Source of the DNA: an uncultured bacterium
GTDB lineage: Bacteria; Krumholzibacteriota; Krumholzibacteriia; Krumholzibacteriales; Krumholzibacteriaceae
DNA length: 64,000 nucleotides
Assembly (NCBI GenBank): GCA_963786935.1
Contig: CAWBAN010000001.1
Location: 513,158 to 577,157, forward strand
Reading direction: 5' to 3'
Both the position numbers and the translations under genes were made by a program. Every line of letters starts with the position of its first letter. The first letter of the stretch is position 1. A model generated the notes under the pieces. It was not told the DNA's origin, did not search any database, and saw only the letters and a list, made by a program, of their open reading frames with translations. Positions 20,296 through 30,646 of this stretch are shown piece by piece.

Positions 20296-21731
20296 ACAAG
20301 AATATCGGACGCCCCGCGGGGCGCGGGAGCAAACGGCGGGGGAGCGGCATGCTCGGAAAGACGAAGCACATTCATTTCGTCGGAATCGGGGGCGTCGGCA
20401 TGAGCGGCATCGCCGAGCTCCTGCTCAATCTCGGATTCACGGTGAGCGGCTCCGATCTCGACACGAGCCCCACGACGGAGCGGCTCGCTTCCCGCGGGGC
20501 GAAGATACGGATCGGTCACGCCGCGAAGAACGTCTCCGGATGCGACGTCGTCGTCGTCTCCTCGGCGATCGCCGAGAGCAATCCCGAGGTCGCCGCCGCC
20601 CGCGCGAAGGGGATCCCCGTCATCCCGCGCGCGTCGATGCTCGGCGAGCTCATGAGATTCCGTACGGGGATCGCGGTCGCGGGCGCCCACGGCAAAACGA
20701 CCACGACGTCGCTCGTCGGCGCGGTGCTGCAGGAAGCGGGCTGCGATCCGACGATCGTCGTCGGCGGTCGCGTGAAGAGCCTCAAGACGAACGTCCGGCT
20801 CGGCCAGGGGGAGCTCCTCGTGGCGGAGGCGGACGAGAGCGACGGGAGCTTCGTGCACCTGACGCCGGTGTTCGCCGTCATCACCAACATCGACGCCGAG
20901 CATCTCGATTTCTACGGCAGCCTCGACCGGATCTACGACGCATTCGTGCGGTTCGCGCGCTCCATACCGTTCTACGGCGCGATCATCTGCTGCAGCGACG
21001 ATCCGAAGGTGAAAACGATCCTTCCCCGCATCGATCGCCGCATCGTGACGTACGGATTCGACGCCGGGGCCGACGTCCGCGGCGAGCTCCTCGAATCGGG
21101 ACCGGCGGGCAGCCGGTTCTCGTACACGGTGCGGGGGAAACGCCGCGGGACGCTCCACCTGCGCGTTCCCGGCATCCATAACGCCCTCAACGCACTCAGC
21201 GTGTGCGCGCTCGCCGAGGAGATCGATATCGCGCCCCGTCATCTCCGGAAAGCGTTCGCCGCCTTCGAGGGGGTGGCGCGCCGGTTCGAGATCAAGGGGG
21301 AGCGCGGCGGCGTCCTCTTCGTCGACGACTACGGTCACCATCCGACCGAGATCGCCGCGACGGTGCGCACGGCGCGAGACGCCTTCAAGCGGCGGATCGT
21401 CGTCGTGTTTCAACCGCACCGCTACTCGCGCACGCGCGATCTTCACGAGAAATTCGGCGGCGCGTTTCGCGACGCCGACGAGGTGTTCGTCACCGAGATT
21501 TATCCGGCCGGGGAGCGGCCGATCAAGGGTATCACCGGGGAGCTCATCTACCACGCCGTGATGCGCGAGGGCAAGCCCCGGGTCAGCTACGTGCCCGCGT
21601 GGAACGACCTGAAGGCCACCGTGCGGGAGAGCGTTCGCCGGGGGGACGTGGTCATCACCCTCGGCGCGGGGAACATCTACAAGCTCGGCGAGGAGCTTCT
21701 CGCTGAAAAGGAAACGGTGAAAACGCGATGA
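20292..21731 (+). CDS. murC: UDP-N-acetylmuramate--L-alanine ligase MurC
   Basis: Motifs HIHFVGIGGVGMSGIA, GAHGKTTTTSL and DDYGHHPTEI are present. GTGA overlap with murG. Confidence 0.95.
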   Translation: MNKNIGRPAGRGSKRRGSGMLGKTKHIHFVGIGGVGMSGIAELLLNLGFTVSGSDLDTSPTTERLASRGAKIRIGHAAKNVSGCDVVVVSSAIAESNPEVAAARAKGIPVIPRASMLGELMRFRTGIAVAGAHGKTTTTSLVGAVLQEAGCDPTIVVGGRVKSLKTNVRLGQGELLVAEADESDGSFVHLTPVFAVITNIDAEHLDFYGSLDRIYDAFVRFARSIPFYGAIICCSDDPKVKTILPRIDRRIVTYGFDAGADVRGELLESGPAGSRFSYTVRGKRRGTLHLRVPGIHNALNALSVCALAEEIDIAPRHLRKAFAAFEGVARRFEIKGERGGVLFVDDYGHHPTEIAATVRTARDAFKRRIVVVFQPHRYSRTRDLHEKFGGAFRDADEVFVTEIYPAGERPIKGITGELIYHAVMREGKPRVSYVPAWNDLKATVRESVRRGDVVITLGAGNIYKLGEELLAEKETVKTR

Positions 21732-22477
21732 GATACTGGGACACCGCCGAAACGCCCGCGCGGGAGACGCGCGAAAGACGCCGCATCTCCCGGAAATGGC
21801 TCCTCGTTCCCGCGGCCGTCGTCGCGGCCGCAGGGGCGGTCGCGCTCTGGTCGGGGATCTTCATCATCACGAACGTGCAGTTCTTCGGCGGGGGCTCGAT
21901 TCCGCAGGAATCCCTGAAGCGGATCCGGGCGGGCATCGTCGGGAAGAACCTCGTGACGGTCTCCTTCGCCGAAGCCCGCGCGAAACTCCTCGAGTTTCCC
22001 GAGGTGCGCGACGCAGAGTTCAGCCGCCGCCCCCGGCACGGCGTCGAGTGCCGCATCTCGAAGCGCGAGCCGGTCGCGCTGCTCGTCGCGGGAGACATTC
22101 TCGAAGTCGACGCCGAGGGAGTGATCATCCCGCGCCGGGCGGGCGCCGGGGATATCGATCTTCCCGTCATCACGGGCATCCCCCCGCGGGAGATCGCCGA
22201 GCGCTCGGAATCGCCGGGCGTCGGGCGCGCGGTCGAGATTCTCGCGCTCCTGAAGAAGCTCGGTCTCTCGCCGGCGAAGCAGCTGAGCGAAATACACGTG
22301 GCCGGGGAGGACGTCGACCTCGTCTGGATGGGGACGGGGACCCTCGTGAAGCTCGGCCGCGAGGAGTACGCGAGCAGGATACGCAAGCTGCAGACCGTAG
22401 TCGGAATTATGAAGGACGGCGATCGGATCCCGCGGGTCATCGACCTGCGGTTCGACCGCCAGGTGGTTGTCCGCTGA
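21728..22477 (+). CDS. ftsQ: Cell division protein FtsQ (POTRA domain)
   Basis: The position between murC and ftsA, an N-terminal TM segment and a POTRA-like region (ITNVQFFGGGSIPQESLKR...LVTVSFAEARAKLLEFPEVRDAEFSRR) support the call. Confidence 0.75.
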   Translation: MRYWDTAETPARETRERRRISRKWLLVPAAVVAAAGAVALWSGIFIITNVQFFGGGSIPQESLKRIRAGIVGKNLVTVSFAEARAKLLEFPEVRDAEFSRRPRHGVECRISKREPVALLVAGDILEVDAEGVIIPRRAGAGDIDLPVITGIPPREIAERSESPGVGRAVEILALLKKLGLSPAKQLSEIHVAGEDVDLVWMGTGTLVKLGREEYASRIRKLQTVVGIMKDGDRIPRVIDLRFDRQVVVR

Positions 22478-22506
22478 CCGCATGGAAGCGAGGTGAGACC
22501 CGAACT

Positions 22507-23730
22507 ATGTCCTCCGATTTCGTAGTTGGTCTCGATATCGGCACGACGAAGGTGGCCGTTCTCATCGGGGAGTTCACGTCCGAGGGGGAGACGCGCATCG
22601 TCGGCGCCGGATCGGCGCGCGCCGAGGGAATCAAGAAGGGCGTCGTCGTCAACATGGACGAGGCCGCCGACTGCGTCCGCGCGGCGGTGGCGAAGGCGGA
22701 GCGGATGGCGGGCGTCGAAATCCGCGGCGTCTGCGCCGCGATCTCGGGTCCGCACATCCGGAGCTTCAACAGCCGCGGCGTCGTCGCGATCCCGGCGGCG
22801 CGGCGCGAGGTGACCGAGCGCGACGTCGAGAAGGTCACCGGGGCGGCCCGCAGCATCACGCTCCCGTTCGACCGCGAGATCCTGCACTCGATGGCGCAGG
22901 ATTTCGTCGTCGACAATCAGGCGGGAATCCGCGATCCGGTCGGCATGTCGGGCACGCGGCTCGAGGCCGAGGTGCATATCGTCACGGCGCTCGGCATGTC
23001 GGTCGAGAATACGGTCAAGGTTTCGAAGAAGGTCGGGCTCGAGATCGTGGACCTGGTCTTCGATCCGTTCGCGGCGGCGCGGGCGGTGCTCACGAGGGAC
23101 GAGATGAACCTCGGATGCCTCCTCGTCGACGTCGGCGGAGGGGTCACGAACTACGCGCTCTATCACGGCGGCACGGTTCGCGCGAGCGGCGTCGTGGCGG
23201 CGGGAGGGGTCAACGTGACGAACGATCTCGCCGTGGGGCTTCGGACGAACGGCCCCGTCGCCGAGGATCTCAAGATCGACCACGGCGTGGCGCTCGCCTC
23301 CCTCGTGAACGACGAGGAGACGATCATGGTCCCGGGCATCGGGGAGCGGGAGTCGCGCGAGGTCCGCACGCAGATCCTCGCGGCCATTATCGAGCCGCGG
23401 ACCGAGGAGATCTTCACGATGGTGAAGAAGGCGGTGGCGAACGACCCGTTCTACCGCCTCCTCGGCGCCGGCATCGTCCTCTCGGGCGGAGGCTCGCGGC
23501 TCCGGGGGATGAACGGGGTGGCCGAAGAGGTCTTCGACCTGCCGGTCAGGATCGGCAAGGCGTCGAACCTCATGGGGCTTTCCGAGCTCGTCGACTCGGC
23601 CGAGTGGACGACCGGCATCGGGCTCCTGCTTCACGGACGCGACCGGATCGCGGCGCGCGGCGGGGACGGCGCCGTCGACCGGGTCAAAACGATGATTCAC
23701 CGATTGAAGAGAATCGCGAGTTTGTACTGA
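22507..23730 (+). CDS. ftsA: Cell division protein FtsA (actin-like ATPase)
   Basis: The N-terminus VGLDIGTTKVAVLIGE, LVDVGGGVTNYALY and GIVLSGGGSRLRGM match FtsA. Track ORF 21796..23730 is the open upstream extension of the same frame. Confidence 0.95.
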   Translation: MSSDFVVGLDIGTTKVAVLIGEFTSEGETRIVGAGSARAEGIKKGVVVNMDEAADCVRAAVAKAERMAGVEIRGVCAAISGPHIRSFNSRGVVAIPAARREVTERDVEKVTGAARSITLPFDREILHSMAQDFVVDNQAGIRDPVGMSGTRLEAEVHIVTALGMSVENTVKVSKKVGLEIVDLVFDPFAAARAVLTRDEMNLGCLLVDVGGGVTNYALYHGGTVRASGVVAAGGVNVTNDLAVGLRTNGPVAEDLKIDHGVALASLVNDEETIMVPGIGERESREVRTQILAAIIEPRTEEIFTMVKKAVANDPFYRLLGAGIVLSGGGSRLRGMNGVAEEVFDLPVRIGKASNLMGLSELVDSAEWTTGIGLLLHGRDRIAARGGDGAVDRVKTMIHRLKRIASLY

Positions 23731-23747
23731 AACGGAAGGGGGAACGT

Positions 23748-24941
23748 ATGCGGTTTGAATTCGACGACATCGACGAGCTGGCGCGACTCAAGGTGGTCGG
23801 CGTCGGCGGCGCGGGCGGAAACGCGTTGAACCGGATGGTCGAGTCCGAGCTCATGGGCATCGAGTTCATCGCGGTGAACACCGACGTCCAGGTGCTCGAG
23901 CTTTCGAAGGCGCACAAGCGCATCCAGATCGGGAACCGCTCGACGAAGGGGCTCGGCTCCGGCGGGAATCCCGAGGTCGGACGCCGCGCCGCCGAAGAGG
24001 ACGCCGATCTCGTCGGCGAGGCGCTCGCCGGCGCCGACATGGTGTTCGTGACCGCCGGCATGGGGGGCGGCACGGGAACGGGAGCGGGACCGCTCGTGGC
24101 GCGCCTCGCGCGCGAGCAGGGCGCGCTCACCGTCGGCATCGTCACGCGCCCGTTCACCTTCGAGGGGAAGCGCCGGCACCGCCAGGCGCTCGAGGGGATC
24201 ATGGCCCTCAAGCAGGAGGTCGACACCCTCATCATCATCCAGAACGACAAGCTCCTCTCGATCGTGGGCAAGGACACGCCGCTCACCGAGGCCTTCTCCA
24301 TGGCGGACGAGGTGCTCCTGCATGCGACGAAGGGCATTTCCGACCTTATTCTCACGCCGGGGCTCATAAATCTTGACTTCGCGGACGTTCGCTCCATAAT
24401 GAGCGGCATGGGCGATGCCCTCATGGGAACGGGGATGTCGAAGGGGGAGAACAGGGCGGTCCAGGCGGCTCAGATGGCGATCCGGAGCCCGCTGCTCGAC
24501 GACGTGTCGATCAAGGGCGCGAAGGGCGTGCTCGTCAACATCACCGGCGGCGACACGATGACGCTCCACGAGATCTCCCAGGCGACCTCGGTGATCAGCC
24601 AGGAGGCGGGGGAGGACGCGAACGTGATCTTCGGCGCCGTGGTGAACAAGGGCGCTTCGGACGACATCCAGGTGACCGTCATCGCGACCGGCTTCGAGCC
24701 GCGCGAGCGGGAGATCATGCCGGTCCGCGAACCGGAAATCGCGGTGGTCCGCGAGCCGGAGATGGCGGCCGCGCCGCGGGCTCCCGAGATCATCGACATC
24801 AGGGATCTCGAGGAGGAGCCCACGCCGGTGGAGATCGACAATCTCGCGCGCACGGGGGTCGGTTTGAACGCGGTGAACTTCGGGATCTGTCACGAGCTCA
24901 ATCTCGATATCCCGACGTTCCTGCGCAAGCAGCTCGATTGA
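23748..24941 (+). CDS. ftsZ: Cell division GTPase FtsZ
   Basis: The tubulin signature GGGTGTG is present, along with VGVGGAGGNALNRM and NLDFADVRSIM. It lies inside open frame 23115..24941. Confidence 0.97.
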   Translation: MRFEFDDIDELARLKVVGVGGAGGNALNRMVESELMGIEFIAVNTDVQVLELSKAHKRIQIGNRSTKGLGSGGNPEVGRRAAEEDADLVGEALAGADMVFVTAGMGGGTGTGAGPLVARLAREQGALTVGIVTRPFTFEGKRRHRQALEGIMALKQEVDTLIIIQNDKLLSIVGKDTPLTEAFSMADEVLLHATKGISDLILTPGLINLDFADVRSIMSGMGDALMGTGMSKGENRAVQAAQMAIRSPLLDDVSIKGAKGVLVNITGGDTMTLHEISQATSVISQEAGEDANVIFGAVVNKGASDDIQVTVIATGFEPREREIMPVREPEIAVVREPEMAAAPRAPEIIDIRDLEEEPTPVEIDNLARTGVGLNAVNFGICHELNLDIPTFLRKQLD

Positions 24942-24956
24942 TCGAGGGAGCGGCGC

Positions 24957-26596
24957 GTGTCCCTGTGGGGAAAAATTTTCGGGATCAACAAGAACCCCGA
25001 GTATGAGCTCGGGATCAAGCTCTACAACGAGGGCAAGTACGAGCTCGCCGTCGCCGAGCTCGAGAAGGCGATTCCGAAGGCGGGCAAGGCCGATCCGTTC
25101 TACGCGCTCGGGATGTTCTACGCCGCCGAGTCGCACGCCCACATCGGCACGGCGAAGTATCTCGCGGGCGCTCCCGAAGAGGCGCTCGTCCATTTCCAGA
25201 AGGCGGTCGAGGAGAATCCGACCTATCCGGACGTGTTCTACCGGATGGGCGTGATCCATCACCGCCTCGGGCGTCTCGACGAGTCGGTCTCGAGCCTCCG
25301 CGCGGCGGTCGAGCTCAATCCGAACTACTTCGAGGCCATCTGCTATCTCGGGATCGTTCTCCACGAGAGGGGCGAGAAGGACGAGGCCGACGCCGTGTTC
25401 AAGCGGGCGCTCGCGATCGGCGCGGAAGGCCCCAATCCGATCAGCAAGTTCCTCAGCGAGCACCTCGCCGGGTGCGAGACGTGCATTCCCCCGCTCGCCT
25501 CGCTCAAGCAGCTCATGAGGAGCGACACCGAGTTCGACGACGCCGTCAACGAGGGGATCGAGGCGTACAACACGGGCAACTTCGAATCGGCCGCGCATTC
25601 GTTCGCGGCGGCGCTCGCGATCCATCCCGATTACGCCGATCTCCGGTTCAAGCTCGCGCTGGCGTTTCTCCGCACGGGAGATCACGGCGACGCGAAGCGG
25701 GAGCTCGAAGCGGCGCTCCGGATCAATCCGGAGTACATGGAAGCCTACTTCTACCTCGGTATCACGAACCTCGATCAGAAGCTCTACCGCGAGGCGATCG
25801 CGCACTTCGAGAAGGCCGCCTCCCTCAAGCCCGAGTACGCGGATCTCCAGTGCTATCTCGGCGCGACCTATTTTTACCTCGGAGAGCTCGACCGGGCGCG
25901 CGCGGCGCTCGAGAAGTCGCTCGCCCTCTCGCCGGGATACGCGAAGGCCCGCTACTATTACGGGCTCCTGCTCTACGCGCTCAACGACCGCAAGCGCGCC
26001 ATCGAATATCTCTCGGACGCGACGAAGCACGAGGAGCGCAAGAGCGCCGTCGATCTCAGCTTCGCCCTCGTGCACCTGCGCGAGGGAAATCTCGAGCAGG
26101 CGATGACCGTTCTCAAGGACATCCTCGACGCGGGGGGGAGAGCGCCGACGTGCTCTACTTCCTCGGCGAATGCTACCTCCGCACGGAGAGGCCGGCTGAT
26201 GCCGAGCGGTTTTTCAGGCGCGCCCTCGAGATCAATCCCCGCTTCCTCCGGGCGAAGGAGAAACTCGCGCACATCATGATCGGCAAGGGCGACTACGAGG
26301 CGGCCGAGAAGATCCTCGATCAGCCGGGCGCCGGCTTCGCCGATCTCATCAAGATTCTCGGGGACATCAAGTTTTACCGGGGAGACCTCGCCGCCGCGGA
26401 GCGGCTCTACCGCGAAAGCCTCGGCGTGAACGCGGAGTACAGCGAGGCGGGCCTCTCGCTCGCCCTGACCCTGCGGAACGAGGGGCGGGAAGAGGAGGCG
26501 GAAGCCCTCCTCAAGAAGATCATCGAGCACGATCCCGAGAACGTCATCGCGCGCAGTCTCTTCGGACGCGGGCCTCTCGACCTCGAGCCGCGCTGA
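24957..26596 (+). CDS. TPR-repeat protein immediately downstream of ftsZ; frame interrupted in a G7 run near 26125
   Basis: Multiple TPR units run through frame 0. The sequence continues in frame 2 (ESADVLYFLGECYLRTERPADAERFFRRALEINPRF...) with further TPR units. Confidence 0.7.
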
Positions 26597-26663
26597 GCCG
26601 GGGGTCGGTTTGCATCGAGCGCACCGGAACAATCCTCGCGAAAAGCTCCTCGAAAAAGAAACG

Positions 26664-28211
26664 ATGCTCGAGCGATTCCCCGCTCCCGCCCGAGGCGCGC
26701 GGCGCATCGTCGCGGCCTACCCGGCGCCTTATCGTGTCGGCGTCTCGAACCTCGGATTCCATTTTCTGTACGATGGACTGCGTCGTTCATCTAAGATGCA
26801 TATTGAAAGATTGTTATCAGATACATCTCCCGTAACGCTTGAATCAGGATCCCATCCCGCGGCAAGCGCCGCGCTTCTGTTTTCAGTCTCCTATGAGGAG
26901 GATTACATCAATATCGCCCGGATGCTGCGCGAGGCGGATATCCATCCCTTGCGCGAACGGCGGGACCGGGGGCCGCTCGTCGTGGTCGGCGGCGCGGCGG
27001 CGAGCGCCAATCCGGCGCCGCTCGTGGTGATCGCCGACGCGATCGCCCTCGGCGAGGGGGAGGAGACGCTCGAGGGGATCGTCCGCGTCCTCGAGGAAGC
27101 CGAGCAGTACGAGGTCGCCCACCGGGAATCGAGGGAGCGGGGCGCGCTCCTCGACGCCCTTTCGAAAATACCCGGGATGCTCGTGCCCGGATATTCGCGG
27201 ATGCCGGTGAGCTTCAACGAGCCCTCCTCGATCTCTCGATTCCCGCGGTCCGTCGTGGTCACTCCCGAGAGCGCATTCCCGGATACCATGCTCGTCGAGT
27301 CGGGGCGCGGATGCCCGGGCGTCTGCGGCTTCTGTCTCGCGACGTCGCTCTACCGGCCGGCGCGGTTCATGCCGCTCGCCGCGTTCGCGGAGCTCGTCGA
27401 TGGGCTCCACCCCGCGGTGAAAAAGATCGGGCTCGTCGGCACGGCCGTCGCCGCGAATCCGGACTTCGTCGCGATCGTGAGGCTCCTCGTCTCGAAAGGC
27501 ATCGCCGTCTCGTTCAGCTCGCTCCGCGCCGAGGATCTCGACGACGAGAAGATCGCGCTCATCGGGCGGATCGGCACGGCGAGCGCGAGCCTCGCCCCCG
27601 AGTCGGGGAGCGAGCGCGCCCGCTTCGCGCTCGGCAAGCGCGTGCCGGACGAGGTCTATTTCGCCGCCGCCGCCGGGCTCCGCGCTGCCGGCGTGAAGCA
27701 TTTCACCCTTTACCTTCTCATCGGCGGACCGGGGGACGACGCCGGCGCGCTCGCCGAGACGGAGACGTTCGTGAAACGCTTCAAGGCGGCGATCGGCGGC
27801 CGGGGCTTCTCCGTGCACGTGAATCCGCTCGTCCCGAAGGCCTGGACGCCGCTCCAGTTTCGGGCGATGCCGCGGGAGCGCGAGCTCGAGGAGCGCCAGC
27901 GTACCGTCGAGAAGGCGCTCAGGAAGCTCGGCGTCGCCGTACAGGCGAAATCCGTCCGCTCGGCCCTCAGGCAGGCGCTCTTATCGACGGGGGACGAGCG
28001 GGTCGGCCGGGCGATCGTTCATCACGTCGAGGACGGGCTTTCGTGGAAACGCGCGCTTGAGGAGGCCGGCGTCAACATGGAATTTCCGCACGAAAAGAAG
28101 GGACCCGAGACCTCATTCCCGTGGGATGCGATCTCGGGTCCTGTGCGCCGCGGAACGCTCTTCAAACGCTTCGAGGCGATGGAGCGGGGCGGATCCGCGG
28201 GGTCCGCGTGA
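26664..28211 (+). CDS. Radical SAM protein with an N-terminal B12-binding-like domain
   Basis: The CxxxCxxC cluster is present in ESGRGCPGVCGFC. The rest has radical SAM core spacing. Confidence 0.8.
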   Translation: MLERFPAPARGARRIVAAYPAPYRVGVSNLGFHFLYDGLRRSSKMHIERLLSDTSPVTLESGSHPAASAALLFSVSYEEDYINIARMLREADIHPLRERRDRGPLVVVGGAAASANPAPLVVIADAIALGEGEETLEGIVRVLEEAEQYEVAHRESRERGALLDALSKIPGMLVPGYSRMPVSFNEPSSISRFPRSVVVTPESAFPDTMLVESGRGCPGVCGFCLATSLYRPARFMPLAAFAELVDGLHPAVKKIGLVGTAVAANPDFVAIVRLLVSKGIAVSFSSLRAEDLDDEKIALIGRIGTASASLAPESGSERARFALGKRVPDEVYFAAAAGLRAAGVKHFTLYLLIGGPGDDAGALAETETFVKRFKAAIGGRGFSVHVNPLVPKAWTPLQFRAMPRERELEERQRTVEKALRKLGVAVQAKSVRSALRQALLSTGDERVGRAIVHHVEDGLSWKRALEEAGVNMEFPHEKKGPETSFPWDAISGPVRRGTLFKRFEAMERGGSAGSA

Positions 28212-28221
28212 GACGGCGCGA

Positions 28222-28410
28222 TCAGACCTTCTTGACGGCGCCGCCCTTGATGCAGCGCGTGCAGACGTACGCCCGCTGCGGCTCGCCCTTGATCTCGATG
28301 CGGATCTTTTGCAGGTTGGGAAGCCACCGGCGCTTGGACAGGTTGTGCGCATGGCTGATGCTGTGTCCGGAGCCCGGCTTTTTCCCGCATATGGCGCATT
28401 GCTTCGACAT
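28222..28410 (-). CDS. rpmB: 50S ribosomal protein L28
   Basis: MSKQCAICGKKPGSGHSISHAHNLSKRRWLPNLQ...CTRCIK matches L28 over the full length, including the zinc-binding cysteines. A sigma70-like TTGCCA-N15-TATAAAT lies upstream on the minus strand. Confidence 0.9.
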   Translation of the reverse strand: MSKQCAICGKKPGSGHSISHAHNLSKRRWLPNLQKIRIEIKGEPQRAYVCTRCIKGGAVKKV

Positions 28411-28479
28411 CTGGTATCCTCCTGATAGCCGTAGAGTCCGTACAATTTATAATAAAGCGAAGGGCTTGGCAAGCTAAAT

Positions 28480-30576
28480 ATGGACAGCAGGGATCGACGC
28501 GGAGGGCCGCTGCAGGACAGCAGCCAGTTCATCAAGGGGGTGGGACCGGCCCGGCAGGTGCTCCTCGAGCGCCTCGGCATCAAGACGGTCGAGGACCTCG
28601 TATCCCATTTTCCCCGGGCCTATTACGACCGGCGGGACCTCATGCCGGTCGGGAAGCTCCCCTTCGGCGCCCCGACGACCTTCGTCGCCACGATTCTCGC
28701 CGTCTCGACGAGGCGGGCCCGCAAGGGCCGCCATATCTTCACCGTCGCCGTCGGCGACGAGACAGGGGTCGTGAGCCTCGTTTTCTTCAATCAGCCCTAC
28801 CTCGAAAAATACTTCAAGCAGGGGGAGCGCGTCGTCGTGAGCGGCGAGATGGCCCTCTATCGCGATCAGCGGCAGATGATCTCCCCCGAGTACGAGATCA
28901 TCGGGGGGGAGCTCTCGGAATCGCTCCTTCACGCGGGGAGGATCGTCCCCGTCTATCCGCTCACCGCGGGCATCTCGCAGCGGATGATGCGGAAGATCGT
29001 GGCCGCCGCGTGCGAGAAATACGGCGGCTTCGTCGGCGAGAATCTCTCCGACGCGCTCCGCGCGGCTTTCGACGTGCCGCCGCGGGCCGAGGCGATCCGC
29101 CAGATCCATTACCCCGACTCGTACGAGGCGCTCGAGCGAGCGCGCCGGCGGTTCAAGATCGAAGAGGTCTTTTTCCTGCACCTCCTCATCAAGGAGCGGC
29201 GCACGAGCCTCACGCGGAGGAAGCGGCGGCCGCCGGTCGAGGCGCCGCATCCGCTCCTCGATCGGTTCCTCGGAGGGCTCCCCTTCGCGCTCACCGGCGC
29301 GCAGCGGCGCGTGCTCGACGAGATCCGCGGCGACGTCGAGAAGGGGGGGCTCAACCGGCTCCTCCAGGGGGAGGTCGGCTCGGGGAAGACGGTCGTGGCC
29401 CTCGCCGCGACGATGCTCGCCCTCGGGAAGGGCTATCAGGCGGCCCTCATGGCGCCGACGGAGATCCTCGCGCTCCAGCACCACGAGCGCGCCCGCGCCC
29501 TGTGCGAGGGGCTCGACCTGCGCGTCGAGCTCCTCATCGGCTCGACGCCGCGGGCCGACAAGCAGCGCATCCAGGAGCAGGTGCGGTCCGGCGGCGTGGA
29601 CCTCGTGATCGGGACGCACGCGCTCATCCAGGAGAGCATCTCGTTCAAGCAGCTCGGGCTCGCCGTCATCGACGAGCAGCACCGGTTCGGCGTGCGGCAG
29701 CGGGCGGTCTTCGGGCAGGGGGATCTCGTTCCGCATTTCCTCGTCATGACGGCGACGCCGATTCCGCGGAGCCTCGCCCAGACGGTCTACGGCGATCTCG
29801 ATCTTTCGATCATCGACGAGCTTCCCGGCGGCAAGCGGTTCGTGCGGACGCTGATCGTCCCCGCCGACGGCCGCGAGGGCGTCTACGAGGAGATCCGCTC
29901 CGCGTTCAGGGCGGGGCGTCAGGCGTTCATCCTCTACCCGCTCGTGCAGGAGAGCGAGGGGAGCGATTTCCTCGCGGCCACGGAGGAGTTCGAGCGCCTC
30001 CAGCGCGAAGATTTCTCCGAGTTCCCCCTCGGCCTCCTCCACGGGCGCATGAGCTTCGAGGAGAAGGGGAAGGCGATCGCGCTCTTCAGGCGCGGCGAAA
30101 TCCTCGGCCTCGTGACGACGACCGTCATCGAGGTCGGCGTCGACATCCCGAACGCCTCGATTCTCCTCGTGAACAATCCGGAGCGGTTCGGGCTCGCGCA
30201 GCTCCACCAGCTCCGCGGACGCGTGGGCCGCGGCGGAAACGAAGGCGCGTGCTTCCTGCAGCTCAGCGGCGAGATCGGCGCCGCGGCCCGGGAGCGTCTC
30301 GCGTTCTTCGCCTCGCACGACGACGGCTTCGCGGTCGCCGAGGAGGACCTGCGGCTCCGGGGGCCCGGGGAGATCTGGGGGCACCGGCAGTCGGGGTACC
30401 CGCATTTCAGGCTCGTCAATCCGCTGAGCGATCACGACCTCGTGCAGCTCTCGTGGGAAGAGAGCGAGCGGCTCCTCGAACGGGATCCGGGGCTCACGCG
30501 GGCCGAGAACAGGGAGCTCGCGGCCTATTTCGAGCGATCGTACAAACCGAGAATGGAGCTCGCCGATATCGGATGA
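28480..30576 (+). CDS. recG: ATP-dependent DNA helicase RecG
   Basis: The wedge/OB N-domain is present. Helicase motifs include GEVGSGKT (Walker A), DEQHRFGV and a QLHQLRGRVGRG motif VI. It is full length at 698 aa. Confidence 0.95.
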   Translation: MDSRDRRGGPLQDSSQFIKGVGPARQVLLERLGIKTVEDLVSHFPRAYYDRRDLMPVGKLPFGAPTTFVATILAVSTRRARKGRHIFTVAVGDETGVVSLVFFNQPYLEKYFKQGERVVVSGEMALYRDQRQMISPEYEIIGGELSESLLHAGRIVPVYPLTAGISQRMMRKIVAAACEKYGGFVGENLSDALRAAFDVPPRAEAIRQIHYPDSYEALERARRRFKIEEVFFLHLLIKERRTSLTRRKRRPPVEAPHPLLDRFLGGLPFALTGAQRRVLDEIRGDVEKGGLNRLLQGEVGSGKTVVALAATMLALGKGYQAALMAPTEILALQHHERARALCEGLDLRVELLIGSTPRADKQRIQEQVRSGGVDLVIGTHALIQESISFKQLGLAVIDEQHRFGVRQRAVFGQGDLVPHFLVMTATPIPRSLAQTVYGDLDLSIIDELPGGKRFVRTLIVPADGREGVYEEIRSAFRAGRQAFILYPLVQESEGSDFLAATEEFERLQREDFSEFPLGLLHGRMSFEEKGKAIALFRRGEILGLVTTTVIEVGVDIPNASILLVNNPERFGLAQLHQLRGRVGRGGNEGACFLQLSGEIGAAARERLAFFASHDDGFAVAEEDLRLRGPGEIWGHRQSGYPHFRLVNPLSDHDLVQLSWEESERLLERDPGLTRAENRELAAYFERSYKPRMELADIG

Positions 30577-30646
30577 GCGGCGGCGCACCGGCGGGGTGCA
30601 TGAGACCTCGCCGGGTCCGCCGCAACCGGGGCGAAGGAGGCGGTCG

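Noticed and set aside
11513-23747. N-terminal extensions of track ORFs (murE 11513, ftsA 21796, ftsZ 23115, flippase 2257, GT4 3207, GT-C 5282, ubiE 43414, RR 38786)
   Set aside because: The upstream portions translate to low-complexity sequence and overlap the preceding gene. Conserved N-termini and start/stop coupling place the true starts where annotated.
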